Shown: positions 51,794 through 64,000 of the stretch, piece by piece
How the letters are laid out: each line of letters begins with the position of its first letter
Position numbering within the stretch: position 1 is the first letter of the stretch
Assembly: GCF_902459465.1 (NCBI RefSeq)
Contig: NC_047074.1
Span: forward strand, 1,178,001 to 1,242,000
Direction of reading: 5' to 3'
Length of the DNA: 64,000 bases
Origin: Asterias rubens
Lineage: Eukaryota
Notes under the pieces: model-generated
Database searches by the model: none
What the model was told of the DNA's origin: nothing
Seen by the model: the letters and a program-made list of their open reading frames with translations, nothing else
Made by a program: the position numbers and the translations under genes

Positions 51794-52553
51794 TTAAAGG
51801 CAGTGGACACTATTGGTAATTACTCAAAATATTTATTGGCATAAAACCTTTCTTGGTGACGAGTAATGGGGAGAGGTTGGTGGTATAAAACATTGTGAGA
51901 AACGGCTCCCTCTGAAGTGCCATAGTTTTTGAGAAAGAAGTAATTTTCCACGAATTTGATTTCGAGACCTCAAGTTTAGAACTTGAGGTCTCGAAATACA
52001 CCATCTAAACGCACACAACTTCGTGTGACAAGGGCTATTTTCCTTTCATTATTATCTCGCAACTTCGATGACCGATTGAGCTCAAATTTTCACATGTTTG
52101 TTATTTTATGCATATGTGGAGATACACCAGCTGTGAAGGCTAGTCTTTGACAATTACCAATAGTGTCCAGTGCCTTTAGAGGCAGTAGACACTATTGGTA
52201 ACTACTCAACATAATTTCTAGCATACAAACTTACTTGGTAACAAGCAAGAGAGAGCTGTTGGTATTTAGTAGGATAAAACATTGTGAAAAACGGCTCCCT
52301 CGGAAGTAACGTAGTTTTCGAGAAAGAAGTAATTTTCCACGAATACAATTTCGAGACCTCAGAACTAGATTTTGAGGTCCCGAGTTTACGTGTGACAATT
52401 TTTTCTTTTTTCTTCTTCCATTATTATCTCGTAACTTCGACGACCAGTTGAGCTAAAATTTTTACAGGTTTGTTATTTTATGCATATGTTGAGATACACC
52501 AAGTGGTAAGACTGGTCTTTGACAATATTACCAATAGTGTCCAGTGACTTTAA
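51794..52553. mobile_element. Two family A MITEs in direct tandem (51794-52180, ~52177-52553)
   Basis: The junction reads GTGTCCAGTGCCTTTAGAGGCAGTAGACAC (decayed shared TTAA); outer TTAA intact at both ends. Confidence 0.84.
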
Positions 52554-53212
52554 TTGGGAACAGCAGACGCTCTTGTATTGAAACCAATATGACAAAAATG
52601 TGCGACAGATTTGGGTAATTTGATATTTTAGAAATTTGTTTTGTTTCGTGTTTGTTAAGGGAAAGTACTTCATTAACGCTAACATCTACTAGCACTCTAA
52701 AATAACAAACTTAATGTGGGCCAAGCCCTAGTGATAGTGGGACCAGTTTTCAAGTCAATGTCACAAAAAATATGGGTCAAATAAACATGCAGTTACAAAT
52801 TTTGTATTCGTTTGACCTGCAACGAGTCACCTCAACGATAAAGTATGGAGTGTCATGACCGAGTGGTTTAGAGCTTCGAATCGAATTCAAGTTGTTGAGG
52901 TTAAAGGCACTGGATACCTTTGCTAATTGTCAAAGACCAGTACTCGCACTTGGTGTATCCCAACATAATGCTACAACAACAAACCCTGTGGTGAAAATTT
53001 CGGCTAAGTTTCATCGAAGAAAAATAATAAAGAAAAGAAAATGTTTCTGCGTCCCATATCCAACTCGGCCTCGTTGAATATGGGACGCAGAAGTGCTATA
53101 ATTATTGTTACGTATTCCATTCGCGCTTGTGTGATAACTTTCATGGTAAACTGTTTGTAAATAATAACATTATGTAATTTTTGTCCCCCGGTTTGGGTGC
53201 CCTAAAAAGGTA

Positions 53213-54343
53213 CACTGCAAAAACGTTGGTCAAATCATTTGTTGGGCAAAGTAACTTCAACAATTATTGGTCGATAATTGCCCAACAAAACCAATTGGTG
53301 TTGGACAAACATTTTGTTTGCCAATTTTTTGTTTAAAAAGCGGAACAAAATTTGGGCAAGTGTTGGGCAAATAATTCGAAATCTGAATTTATCATAACTG
53401 TTGGTTACACTTTTGTTTATTTATTAGAGCAACTTTTTTGGTAATTTTAGTTAATTTCGAATGTTGGTTAAAATGATGCACATAAGTTGGTCAAAATCAT
53501 CCGATCATGCGCACTACGATCAAAGAGTTGCCCAAAAGTTGGGCAAGGTATGAACAAACATAACGATATTTTCCAACATGGCGAGTGGAGGAGTGGCTGT
53601 GACGAGCGGGGTTTTCCAGTAGATATAGATCAAATTTGAAGGTTAATTTTTAACTAAATATGAAGTTGTGTTTTCTATTCAGTCGTACATAGTCGTGACA
53701 GTTGCAGAGGGAGCAACAAAGTGACACTACTGTTGAATTAGTTTCAGTTTTTAGTTTCAGTTTTATCATGCCATTATGTGCAACGCCGGTTGTGCCATGT
53801 ATGCGTGTGCTTGCGCTGCAACTGTCACGACTGTGTACAACAACTGAACAGGAAACAAACTGTATTTTAGTTAAAAACTAACCTTCCAAAGCATCTACGA
53901 ACCACTGAGCACCCTCTCGATTTTGAGAGAGATGCCAAGGCCTTGGAAGGTCACAGCTCACCACCGTTTGCCATCGTGGAAAATATATTTTCTACGCCTG
54001 CTTGTATGACGTATCACAGAAGAAACTGTAAATCAAAGGGTTAAATACATTCACCATTTGTTGGAAAACACCGAAAAGGGTTAAATCATTAATAAAACCA
54101 TCGCCCAATTAGTGGGTTATTGATAATGTATTAAATACCCAGAAAATGGGTAAACAAAAAATTACCCAACTGTTGGTTACCAAAATATACCCAACTATTG
54201 ATGAGGAAATATTACCCAATTATTTGGCAATCAGAGTGCCTAACTTTGATGGGTAATATTTTGCCCAAAAGTTGGAGGAGTTCACTATTCGCCCACTAAT
54301 TGGGTAAAAAGTTTGGCATTTTTTACCCAATTAGTTTACAGTG
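53213..54343. mobile_element. CACTA/EnSpm-like non-autonomous element with a nested foldback (~53637-53887)
   Basis: TA|CACTGCAAAAAC...GTTTACAGTG|TA with many subterminal TTGCCCAA/TTACCCAA/TTGGG motifs. Internal inverted arms GAAGGTTAATTTTTAACTAAA / TTTAGTTAAAAACTAACCTTC. Confidence 0.72.
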
Positions 54344-54915
54344 TACATGAGTGGATTCAAAAGAGGGCGCTACCAGACAACATTTTTAACAAATTTGTTG
54401 GGGACACTTTTCTGCCGGTCTTTGTACAAAATCATTGACGAAATCCTCAGATTTTTTAGGAATACTCAACATCATCTTGTACATTATACGACCTTGTCAG
54501 TAAAACAATCACAGCTCCCAGATTAAAACAAACCGTCACATTGCTTGGAATAACAAGTCAACTTATTACACTATATCTTTACGGAACTAATAATACCAAA
54601 AAATACGACAGAATTAACTAAATTTATGAAGATAAAAAAACAAAATTACTGGCCAAAACATAACCGCGTTTGAAGATTGTTGTATTGCAATCTTGTTTAC
54701 ATCCTCTAGTCGGTTAAACAAATTAACACCTTATTAATTATGAAATCTTGGGAATGCGCATAATTATTTTGGAGTCCAACAGATTTTACCCAGTGATGTG
54801 CTGCCACCTAGTGTCTAGAAGTCTTCATCCATTGTTGTACTCAATCCCTGTATGAACTAACGAACATTAAACTCGTTTACTTTAGGTTAATACTGGACGG
54901 CTCAATATTATCAAG

Positions 54916-56661
54916 ATGGCCGCAGCTGCACTTCCAACTAAAACCACTTGCAAGATTAGTCAGGAACTCATCGAATGTCCAATCTGCCTTAAACGGTTCA
55001 TCGATCCGAAAATCCTGAATTGTCACCACAGCTTTTGCCAAAAATGTCTTCAGGAACTTGTAGACAATCAGAATCCGAAGACGCGTTTTATCATTTGCCC
55101 AGTGTGTAGAGAGAAAACTAAAACCCCAGATAAGGGGGTGTCGGCTCTTCTCAACAGCTTTTTCTTGAGCTCGCTTATTGATGACGTCATCAATCTTGAA
55201 GGTCCAAATCAGCGACCCAAATCTGAATCGTCAAAATGCCGGAAACACACTGACCAGGAACTGTGTTTCCATTGCGACACGTGTGACTTACTTGTGTGTG
55301 TCAAATGTGCGTTGCTCGATCACCAAGCACATACCCTAATCGAAATCACTGAATGCGTTAAATCTCTCCGTCAGGCTGTTACAGCGGAATTGATGAAGTT
55401 CGATGAGTGTCGCAAGCAGTTCCAAAAAGTGGATGACTCTATCAAACATTCAGAGCGTAGATTACAGCTCATGGTCGACCGGACTCTAGCAGAGATTTTG
55501 GCCAAGGAAGAAGAGGAAGTCGCTAAACTAAAAAATGCATATCGCCTCCTTCGAGAAAGCGTCACTGAAATAGGTCAAGAAAGAATTGAGGAATTTAAGA
55601 GCACACGGAGCATCAATCAAGATAAGATGAGCGTCGGCAAGGAGATCGTAGCTTCAGTCAATGACTTAATGCAGCAAGCTGATAACTTTGAGCTGCTGGA
55701 ACTCAGGCCAAAAGTTATGCACAACTTAGACTTCCACAAAGAGCTTCAGTTTCAAACAGTGCAGCATAGCAGGTCATTCATCGGGTTCAAAGGTCATGAT
55801 ATCGTCGCTGATGCGAATATCGGTGAAATACTAAAGGAAGAGAAGTGGGAGGTGAAGACAGAGTTTGGTGAAGAAGAGGAAGGTGAGGGGGAGTTCGAGG
55901 AGGCAGCGGAGGTTGCTTGTTTTAGCAATGGTGACATTGTCGTTTGGGACTCTGAAAGGCAGCTATTATCCACGTTTACATCAACGGGTAGTTACAAATC
56001 TACTGGTGTTCAAAGTGAAACAGAAGATGGCAAACTAAAACGACCTTTTCATGTTGCGGTGACCTCTGATGACCTGCTTCTGGTTACTGACGGACAGGAT
56101 GTAAAGGTTTATGATAGAGAACTGAGATATATTCGTCAGTTCAGACCCTCACAAAATCAAGTCGAGGGACAGTCAGAGAGTCTACTCACTGGTATTGCTG
56201 TGGACAAGAAAGATCGTATTGTAGTGTCTGACTCTGAGAGAAAGGTTATCTCTCTCCATAATATGGATGGATCCATCATTTCTACAATAGATCATGACGA
56301 TATAGGCAATCTATGCAAGCTATCTGTAAGCAGCAAGGAGCGACTGATCTTCACAATCTACGACAAGATGAAACTAGTTTGTCTGGATTTCATGGGAAAC
56401 GAGGTGTTCAATATCAGCACCTCCAGTGACGGTCAACCTGTAAAACCTACTGGTGTGTGTTGCGACGATGCTGGATACATCTATGTGTCTGTTCATTGCG
56501 GTACAGTGATAACCAGTGAGATACATCATTACGATGCATCAGGTGAGCACATCGGTTGTGTAGCTCGTGGCTTGTACAATCCTGAAAGCATGACGTTTAC
56601 TCCGATCGGTGACCTCATCGTGGCTGATAAGTACTCAATCAAGATCTTGCATCGCGTGTGA
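54916..56661 (+). CDS. TRIM-NHL-type E3 ubiquitin ligase (RING, one B-box, coiled coil, NHL-like beta-propeller), single coding exon, 581 aa
   Basis: Uninterrupted ORF. C3HC4 RING CPIC...CHHSFC..C...CPVC; B-box CRKH...C..C...C..C...H..H; helical E/K-rich region; NHL-like repeats (P.HVAVTSDD, GIAVD..DRIVVSD, KPTGVCCD, NPESMTF...LIVAD). A splice acceptor at 54884-54885 lies just upstream of the ATG. Confidence 0.9.
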   Translation: MAAAALPTKTTCKISQELIECPICLKRFIDPKILNCHHSFCQKCLQELVDNQNPKTRFIICPVCREKTKTPDKGVSALLNSFFLSSLIDDVINLEGPNQRPKSESSKCRKHTDQELCFHCDTCDLLVCVKCALLDHQAHTLIEITECVKSLRQAVTAELMKFDECRKQFQKVDDSIKHSERRLQLMVDRTLAEILAKEEEEVAKLKNAYRLLRESVTEIGQERIEEFKSTRSINQDKMSVGKEIVASVNDLMQQADNFELLELRPKVMHNLDFHKELQFQTVQHSRSFIGFKGHDIVADANIGEILKEEKWEVKTEFGEEEEGEGEFEEAAEVACFSNGDIVVWDSERQLLSTFTSTGSYKSTGVQSETEDGKLKRPFHVAVTSDDLLLVTDGQDVKVYDRELRYIRQFRPSQNQVEGQSESLLTGIAVDKKDRIVVSDSERKVISLHNMDGSIISTIDHDDIGNLCKLSVSSKERLIFTIYDKMKLVCLDFMGNEVFNISTSSDGQPVKPTGVCCDDAGYIYVSVHCGTVITSEIHHYDASGEHIGCVARGLYNPESMTFTPIGDLIVADKYSIKILHRV

Positions 56662-56880
56662 GTGTCGATGACGTCATGGTCGAAAAAAAAATTTAAGGCA
56701 GTCACAGCTCACAAAGTTAGAAAAAATAATAATTAAACGAGAGACTCTCGGTCATACTACAGAATGTGAACATAGACTGTCATACGTACAATCCACGTAA
56801 AAATCGTTATTATTCAAATCGTACAAATCGGTTCAAGAATCATATGATCGACTTTCACATTGATATAAGTTAATTATGTA

Positions 56881-56963
56881 TTAAAGGTGCAGTTCTACAC
56901 AAATCGGCTTGAATAATGCAATGTTGGGCAAATTATATAGATCATGTTAAACTGCACCTTTAA
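56881..56963. mobile_element. Miniature ~83-bp TTAA MITE downstream of the TRIM stop codon
   Basis: TTAAAGGTGCAGTT / AACTGCACCTTTAA. Confidence 0.7.
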
Positions 56964-58147
56964 GGCGACGTCATTTGACAACGAGGACGTCATTTGTTTG
57001 GGATGTGAATATTTATATCTAACACATCCCGGCTGGAAAACATGCACAGTGTTTAACTTGATCGCACATTTTTTTTGTAAAAATTATATTCTTTGAAAAG
57101 TGGTCCTTTAAAGTGACGTCATATGTGACACTTGATCACGATCAAAATGCAATCTTAAATTTGTAGATGTAACAAATCCTAGCTTCAATAATTGTACATT
57201 ATTATAGCTCTTATACAATTCCGGTTCATTATTTTAACCATTTCGCCGTTTACATTTGCAAACAAATTCGCCGAAAAGAATAAGCAAAGATAAAAAAATA
57301 ATACAAACTAATCCATCAACAATTGAAAATAACAGCTTATATTATATACTCTTCCGACAGGTTGCTTTCATTTTGCTTAATAAAGTAGAGTGTTAGTCCA
57401 GACATGCCTTGGTGAAACAGCATTGTAGACACGTCTAGTTATTTTATTCACTGTCAAGAACTTGTATTATGCATTTCTTTGTTGTATAATTTTATGGATC
57501 CGACTTCTTTGATTAACTTTGTATTTTCACTACTGTTAACGCAACGATTTAATTAAAAAAAAATATTCACCTAATAAGTAACTTTTAACGATTGGAAGTA
57601 ACAGCTGATCTTTATTTTCTTTTAAAGCAATGATATAATTTGCTTATTAAAAATGTAGAGTTTTAGTCTTGGTAAAATAGCATAAATGCTAGGGCGCCAC
57701 CTTTTGACATGATGCACATACAGACATGGCCGTAATAATAATGCATTAGTTAGTAAACATATAAGGCTACCTATTATCAGCAATAGTTTGTATTAGCAGA
57801 AAGCTTGTAGGCTTTATCATAGACTCTAGTTTTTCTATTCTAATATCAAGAGCTTGTAAAATGCATTCCTTGGTGGTTATGTTATGGATTTATCATTAGA
57901 ACTAAAATCACTCAATCGATGACCATTGTATCTTTATTTGTTTGGCTTGTTAAAAAAAGATAGAAATAACGATTACTGCATTCTCTGTATTTATTGGCTT
58001 GTGGAACTTCCCACTTCGGTTATTTCAACTATCAGATTGTTTTTGTTTTTAATTCGTTTTTACTTTTGGGGCGTTTTTGTTCTGGACTTTTTGGTAAAAT
58101 TATATCACCGAGCTGATGATCAAAATGATATCATTTTGGTTGGTCTC

Positions 58148-58266
58148 ACCTAGCCTTTAGTCAAGACGCACGTGGCACCCCCAGATGTCAAGATTAGCGC
58201 TTGTCTTTTTTTCGTGCGTGACATCTGGGGTGCCGCTGCTGCGTGCGCCTTGACTAAAGGCTAGGT
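58148..58266. mobile_element. Short foldback MITE
   Basis: ACCTAGCCTTTAGTCAAG..GGCACCCCCAGATGTCA / TGACATCTGGGGTGCC..CTTGACTAAAGGCTAGGT. Confidence 0.78.
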
Positions 58267-60439
58267 ATGACGATGGATATATAATTCTCATTCCACCGAC
58301 TACGGTTTTATGAATTCAGGGGTGGATTTCACAAAGAGTTAAGACTAGTCTTATCTCGAGTTAGGACGAGTTACTCGAGTCCTAACTCTCTATGGAGTTG
58401 ACCCTGGAGGACGCCTAGTGGCTCGGTCATAGAATGGTATCGGTAAAGTGTTATGGCCCCCTCTACCGGCAGATGTGAATCGCAATGATACCTAGACCGC
58501 ATAGCGCACTGTTAGCTATGTCAAAACGAAAGTTGATGCTTACCAAAATGGCGCTCTTGCCGTCCGGCCTTCGCAATAAAGCACTGCTTGTTTATCTTGC
58601 GGCTTGCAGCACTTTACAAAATTGACAGCAATCAGTCGAGTAGTACGTTGATTCAGCTACCTGGATGGGCAGAAAACATGTAGGTGATTACTTCCAATTA
58701 TTGTGCCTTTGATGTTATATTGGAATTTATGCATGACGTTATAAATCTTACCCAAAATGAGGCTATGGGCGCACGTCCGCCACCACTTGCCGTGGCTGCG
58801 CCCATGGCCTCGTTTTGGTTTAGAACTGTGATGTACTTGCCAACCAAGTGCGCACGCGCTATGTTTATTATTTACATATCTCATGGTGGCTTGGTATTGG
58901 TGGCTTTGTCCACAAACACACAGGATGAGGAACGTTGCTTACGGATACATCACGTGTTTCAATAAACTCGTTTCCAGTGGTTCATCCGATGGCATGAACT
59001 CCCCCTACGGCTATTTCATGTTCCACCAAAAAACCGAGACACTCGGAATAAAGGGTATGGATTTCATACCGAGAAGAACAATCACAGGAGATTACATCGG
59101 CCAAAGTGAAACAGAAAATTACCAGACTGGTGCGATCGAGTTGCAGTGACGTCACAAGGGTACTGTCCCTACGACACCCTCCTCCTCCTCACCCAGAACG
59201 GAAAACATTTCAATAATTGGTATCAATATGATACAGGAAGTGTTCAAACTTGCGCCGAGCCTGAGCTTAGTTACCAGTTCCCGGTTCGCCCTTACAGATG
59301 ATATGGTTCGGGATCTAGATGGGACCTAGGATCCGGTTCAGTTCTGACCCGTGAGTTTCTACAGAGTATAGTTATAGAGTCACGACAAAACAACAGAAGT
59401 TAATTTTCTTTCCACGAAAACACGATAATCAGGTTACTCCTTGTACACATATTTTGATCCATATCGCTCGTATCTTAACAAGACCAATATCTGGTCCTAT
59501 CTCCCGTTGAGCTCAACAACTGGACGAGACAATTCGCGACTGTATATTACAGCACGTGTTCGCTACCGTTAGCCGCCAACAAACTTCGTTTGGATGACAC
59601 GAAATCTGTCAGGCCCTCCATTGTTGACGTCACGTTCCAGCCTCGTTAACTCCCGCCTAATCTCCAGTTTGCCACGGTGCTTGCAACTGTAGACAATGGT
59701 AATCAAGTTGGGACTCCGTTATTAATCCAAATTTGTCGATCCGACCGCAGAAAGTGGCGGTCCCATCGGTGCGTCGGCCTGAACTTTCCAGCGGTGTTTG
59801 GTCCCAATCGCCCCGTCGCTCGTGTCCCAGCGCAATCCGATACCGCGGTCTATTTCGGCTCTCTCTCCCCCACTCTCCCTATAGCTCGCAAGCTCCACGA
59901 TCTCCCCCGACCGATTTGTGTTCGTTTAATCACCGGCAGGGAAATCGCAAATTGCGACAAATCGCTGAAATTTCTGTCACTTACCCGACCAGGAAATGAA
60001 ATGGTCTGGGGATAATGTAATTTCACGGTGTGCAATCTGCATAAAGATTTGCCAATGGTGTTGCAATTTGGGCTTCCCTATAGGATACTGTTTCAATCAA
60101 GCCAGAGATGTATGAGATAATGCCAAAAAACGCAAGGCTATAAAATAAACGAGGTGATTGTACGGTATTATGCTCGTTAATTAATTACAAACAAATTGTT
60201 CTTTGTATAAATGCAGTTTCCAAGGGCTAAGTGCGCAAGGCACTGCTCTTATATCACAGAATGACGCAGTGACATTATTACCATTTTTAATTGCATTAAT
60301 TGGCAGGGTTGATAACTCACGGAGTAGGGACGTGTAGTTTCAAGCTGGTCTGCTTGAGCACCACGCGTTGGTCTCCTCCTCAGTACTTTAGCTAGGGATA
60401 GCATGTTACAACGCGATGCAATTTCTCACTAAAATGTTT

Positions 60440-60650
60440 GAATTGAATAAGATACCTCAGCTGAGGTCTCGAATCCAAGGCATCTGAAAGCACACAACTT
60501 GTGCGACAAGGGTGTTTTTTCTTCCATCTCTCACAGCTTCGACAACCAATTGATTCGAAATTATCACATGTTTGTTGTCAATGCATATGTTGAGATACAA
60601 CACGTGAGAAGACTGGTCTTTGACAATTACCAAAGGTGTCCAGAGCCGGC
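60440..60650. mobile_element. Family A MITE fragment
   Basis: GAGGTCTCGAATCCAAGGCATCTGAAAGCACACAAC...GACTGGTCTTTGACAATTACCAAAGGTGTCCAG. Confidence 0.72.
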
Positions 60651-63329
60651 CTTTTAGAAACAACACCGTGCTTTAGTATTGTGTCCAACTGAAGTGAAAT
60701 TTCTGCCGGTTGTTTCCGATCAGAATGCGAGAAGTTAAAGCGGCCGTATGAGCGTGCATGAACCGCAGCATCCACAAAGCTTAAAAGGTGTGTGGGAGAA
60801 TTCCCCATCAAGATAATACTACAAAGATAAACAAGTAAAAAGTGAACGACCAAGCTAAAGTTAAAACGAGAGACTTCGTTAAATAGGATCGGGGAATTGG
60901 TACGGTGAGCATGTAGTATAATGTTAAACCAGGTCAACAACGCTTGAGCTTTATAAAACATGGTTCGAGGAATTTGTGACTTTTGTAAAAGGTACATGAC
61001 GCACACGAGGAGTTTATACAAAAGGGATTGCAGGGGTGGGTGTGCTAAAATGGTCTAGATACAGGAGCATCTATATGTGCTGTGCACACATACTGTATTT
61101 ATCTGTGAGAGAATTTCAGTGTAAGGGGGACACTAAAGGTTAAGCATCGGGGTTGTCAGAGTTTACCGTAAACTTTCCACATCCAAAGTGACATATTGCG
61201 GTGATAGGGGCGGCTGACCAGGAAAGTACTATACAAGGGTTTGTATATAGAAGTCAGTGTTATGTTTCCTGCTAGCACAGCAGGGATACGCACCTCTTAT
61301 ACGAAAAAAAAACCTCATAAGGGCTGATTTGGGTAAGTTGTTTTGTTAAAAATATTCATTTTCATAGTTATAGAATTTCACAATATTGAAGGTTTTATGT
61401 ACCACTACGGTTTGCTAGCTTTAGAGACGGAATTTGTTTAAAAAAAACACGAAGAAATAATAAGCAAATAAAAAAGTAAACATAAAGTAAAACAATCGAC
61501 TACTTCCGTGCATTTGACATAATATTAACACAAATTCAAAATTAAGAATTAATAAACTTAAAAAAAAACGCTCAATTTTGGCATTAATTTTCTAAATTGT
61601 CCACTCCCGCACTCACATCTTACAATCCACATTAATTTGCGTGACAAAAAACAACAACATATTATCAAAGTAAACTATAGATAACGATGGTTCATATTAT
61701 TACCATGACGGCGCCCTCAACGCTGCAATTTTGTACTTGCCAAAATCTATAAAAGTAAACAAAACAGAGCGCCAAAACATGTTTTGGGATAATATGAACT
61801 CAGCAACGAAGCAATAAATCTGCGATGCTTTTTTTCTTTTTAATTTTTGCAGATTTCAGCCTAAAACCGATCAGAGACAACGCTATCAGTGTCGCATCTG
61901 GCCTGATATGATCGTCCGCTAAATCTGAAGTCCATGGTTCAAGCACAGCCTCTCAATTACAGAAAACAAACAGACGGAGAATTTCTCTTCCAATTTACCG
62001 GAGCAAATTTGCTCAGCTTAGGGGCGAGGGGGTGTTAGGGACAATGGTGCTTGTTCAATGTTTCAGCATGCCACTACACGGTTGTTAAACTATTTCTGTG
62101 ACGTCACTCTAGCGATGTAAGTGTAGATTATCTGCTTACGAATCTACACGCAACTGCAGTTACGAATCCACACTTTAACTGTCGATTTGTTATACACGTC
62201 AAACGTAAGTTTGTAAATAGTTCGGCTTGGAAATTAACGTTATTTCCAAACTGAAAGATAACATGATGTGCAACAAAACACAGACGGAAACATGTTATCT
62301 TTCAATTTACAGTAACATTTACCAGTTAAAAAAAATTCATGCCTGTTTAATTTGCAAAATAGTTATGTGGAAGTAAATGAATGCAATATAGGCATAAAGC
62401 CATTAAAGCTATTGGACACTTTCGGTAAACAGTATTGTCCAAAGGCCCACACTTCGTGTATCACAATTACTTATATATAAAATAACGAACCTGTGAAAAT
62501 TTAGGCTCAGTCCGTCATCGGAGTCGGGAGGAAATAACGGGAAAACCCACCCTTGTTTCCGCACGTTTCGCCGTGTCATGACATTTTGTTTACTATAAAT
62601 CCATAGTTCTCAATGTCGAGAATTGATAATTGTTTTTATGTTTTCTCAAAAAGTAAAGCATTTCATGGAATAATATTTCAAGAGAAGTCTTTTACCAATA
62701 CCTTCTGTAAACCCCGTAAGTTATTTGTAAACTTTTTTCCTGTTCCCAAAGTGTATAATATGGCTATAAAACCATGTGAAGAGGATAACCTTGCGTTGAA
62801 GTGTTACATTTCAGATTGATTTTCACAAAGTGCCACATCTAATCGGTACATTTTATCTGGTACAAGCTGTCTCGTACCTCAAAACTAGGTTTCATCAAAA
62901 TGTAGTCTACAGGAACAAATGTTTTTATTGCGGAATATTGCAGGAGCAGTGCAACTACATCGAGGTCAAGGTAATATAGAGGGAAGTGTATCCAATTGCT
63001 TAGACAATATTTAGAACCGTGTTACACCAAGTACAAATGAAACCAAACAGTGTCGATGCATTGTTTGTGTGGATCGTTGCTTTTTAGAGATATTCCATCA
63101 TCTATATATAGCCGGCTTGTGAAGTCAATTTTTTGACTCCCCAAAATGGCCGACCGTGCTCGTTCGAAAAGTTAAAGGGAAACCACGAAACTTCGAGGCA
63201 TTGTGGGGATAATTAAGTTCTACTTTTAAAACATCTTTCTAAAACCATATGCACTTCATAACAAACGATTTCAAACGATTTTCATAGACCAACTCGGCCG
63301 CCGATCCAAGGCAACGTGTCCCAGCCTTA

Positions 63330-63445
63330 GAATCCTGAAGACGAACAGAGACACTGTTCGAAACGTCGAGACACAGAGCCAACACTCCCATAAAGTGATT
63401 AACAAATTGTTGTACCCGCAAATTTTCTATTTATATATAGTTTCT
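63330..63445 (+). mobile_element. Penelope-like element terminal fragment with hammerhead-like motif
   Basis: CTGAAGAC-GAACAG-AGACA-CTGTTC-GAAACGTC-GAG. Homologs at ~505-645 and ~40215-40365 share the downstream GTACCCGCAAGTTTACTATT-like tail. Confidence 0.6.
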
Positions 63446-64000
63446 TCCTATTATTTTATTATAATAGTTGAATTTCAATGCAGCAAAATTGGCATTTCTA
63501 CTTACGGGTCCATTATAGGGAGCAATGCGTGTGAGTGATTTCAGATTCTAGTCACATGGGCGGACAGCAAACAATGCCCCCGTGCGGAAGCGCGTTTTTC
63601 CACCACTGTCCGATCGATCGATCACGGTTGGCTGCTTGCATGCGAGCTGGCAACATCTAACGGAAACAGTAGTTTTAGCAAAGGCACTTAAAAGCATAGG
63701 CGGTAACCCAACCGGGAGACTCATCGGGAACCTTGGACGTATCGTGACGCCAACCGCCCTACAAACGCAATCCACTTCTTGTCATGATAAATCATAATAT
63801 GAAAAGAAAATGATAATCACCAAAGTCATAAAAAAACCTAATAATAATAACAATTAATCTGGATAACTGTCTTTCTATATTCTACTACCGCAGAGTAGAT
63901 GTGTAGGATGGTTCGGTAGATACACACATGGTGTTACCTCAAACTAAATCTATTTATTAATACCTCATCATGCAATGCCTCAAATCCTATAATTACTCTG

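Noticed and set aside
53044-53092. Hairpin TTCTGCGTCCCATAT...ATATGGGACGCAGAA as a terminator or miRNA
   Set aside because: Intrinsic terminators do not apply to this eukaryotic context, and it is too short for a pre-miRNA; likely a MITE remnant.
60578-61021. 147-aa minus-strand ORF
   Set aside because: Partly MITE-derived, no domain, atypical composition.

Overview
Eukaryotic, AT-rich, intron-containing genomic DNA. The gene set and repeat style suggest an invertebrate deuterostome, probably a sea star; the species is an inference. Five protein-coding genes can be reconstructed with GT-AG junctions and consistent exon phases: Wnt11 (-, 6 exons, 365 aa), a TSSK-like kinase with a long basic N-terminus (+, 3 exons, 427 aa), UVRAG (+, 14 exons, 888 aa), WDR83/MORG1 (-, 4 exons, 305 aa) and a RING-B-box-coiled-coil-NHL TRIM with a single coding exon (+, 581 aa). 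A sixth gene may run off the left edge, but support is weak. Non-coding DNA is dense with non-autonomous DNA transposons: at least 17 copies of a TTAA-flanked ~380-bp MITE, other TTAA MITEs, Harbinger-like hairpins and a CACTA-like element. It also holds tRNA-derived SINEs and Penelope-like termini with hammerhead-like folds. The most unusual structures are a ~3.7-kb satellite whose 36-37-bp monomer is itself a quasi-palindrome, a TCF/LEF-motif-rich tandem array in Wnt11 intron 1, and Wnt11-UVRAG linkage matching the human neighbourhood in a different orientation. No CRISPR array, rRNA or genuine tRNA gene is supported. I found no clear-cut new system. All coordinates were read by eye and should be confirmed computationally.
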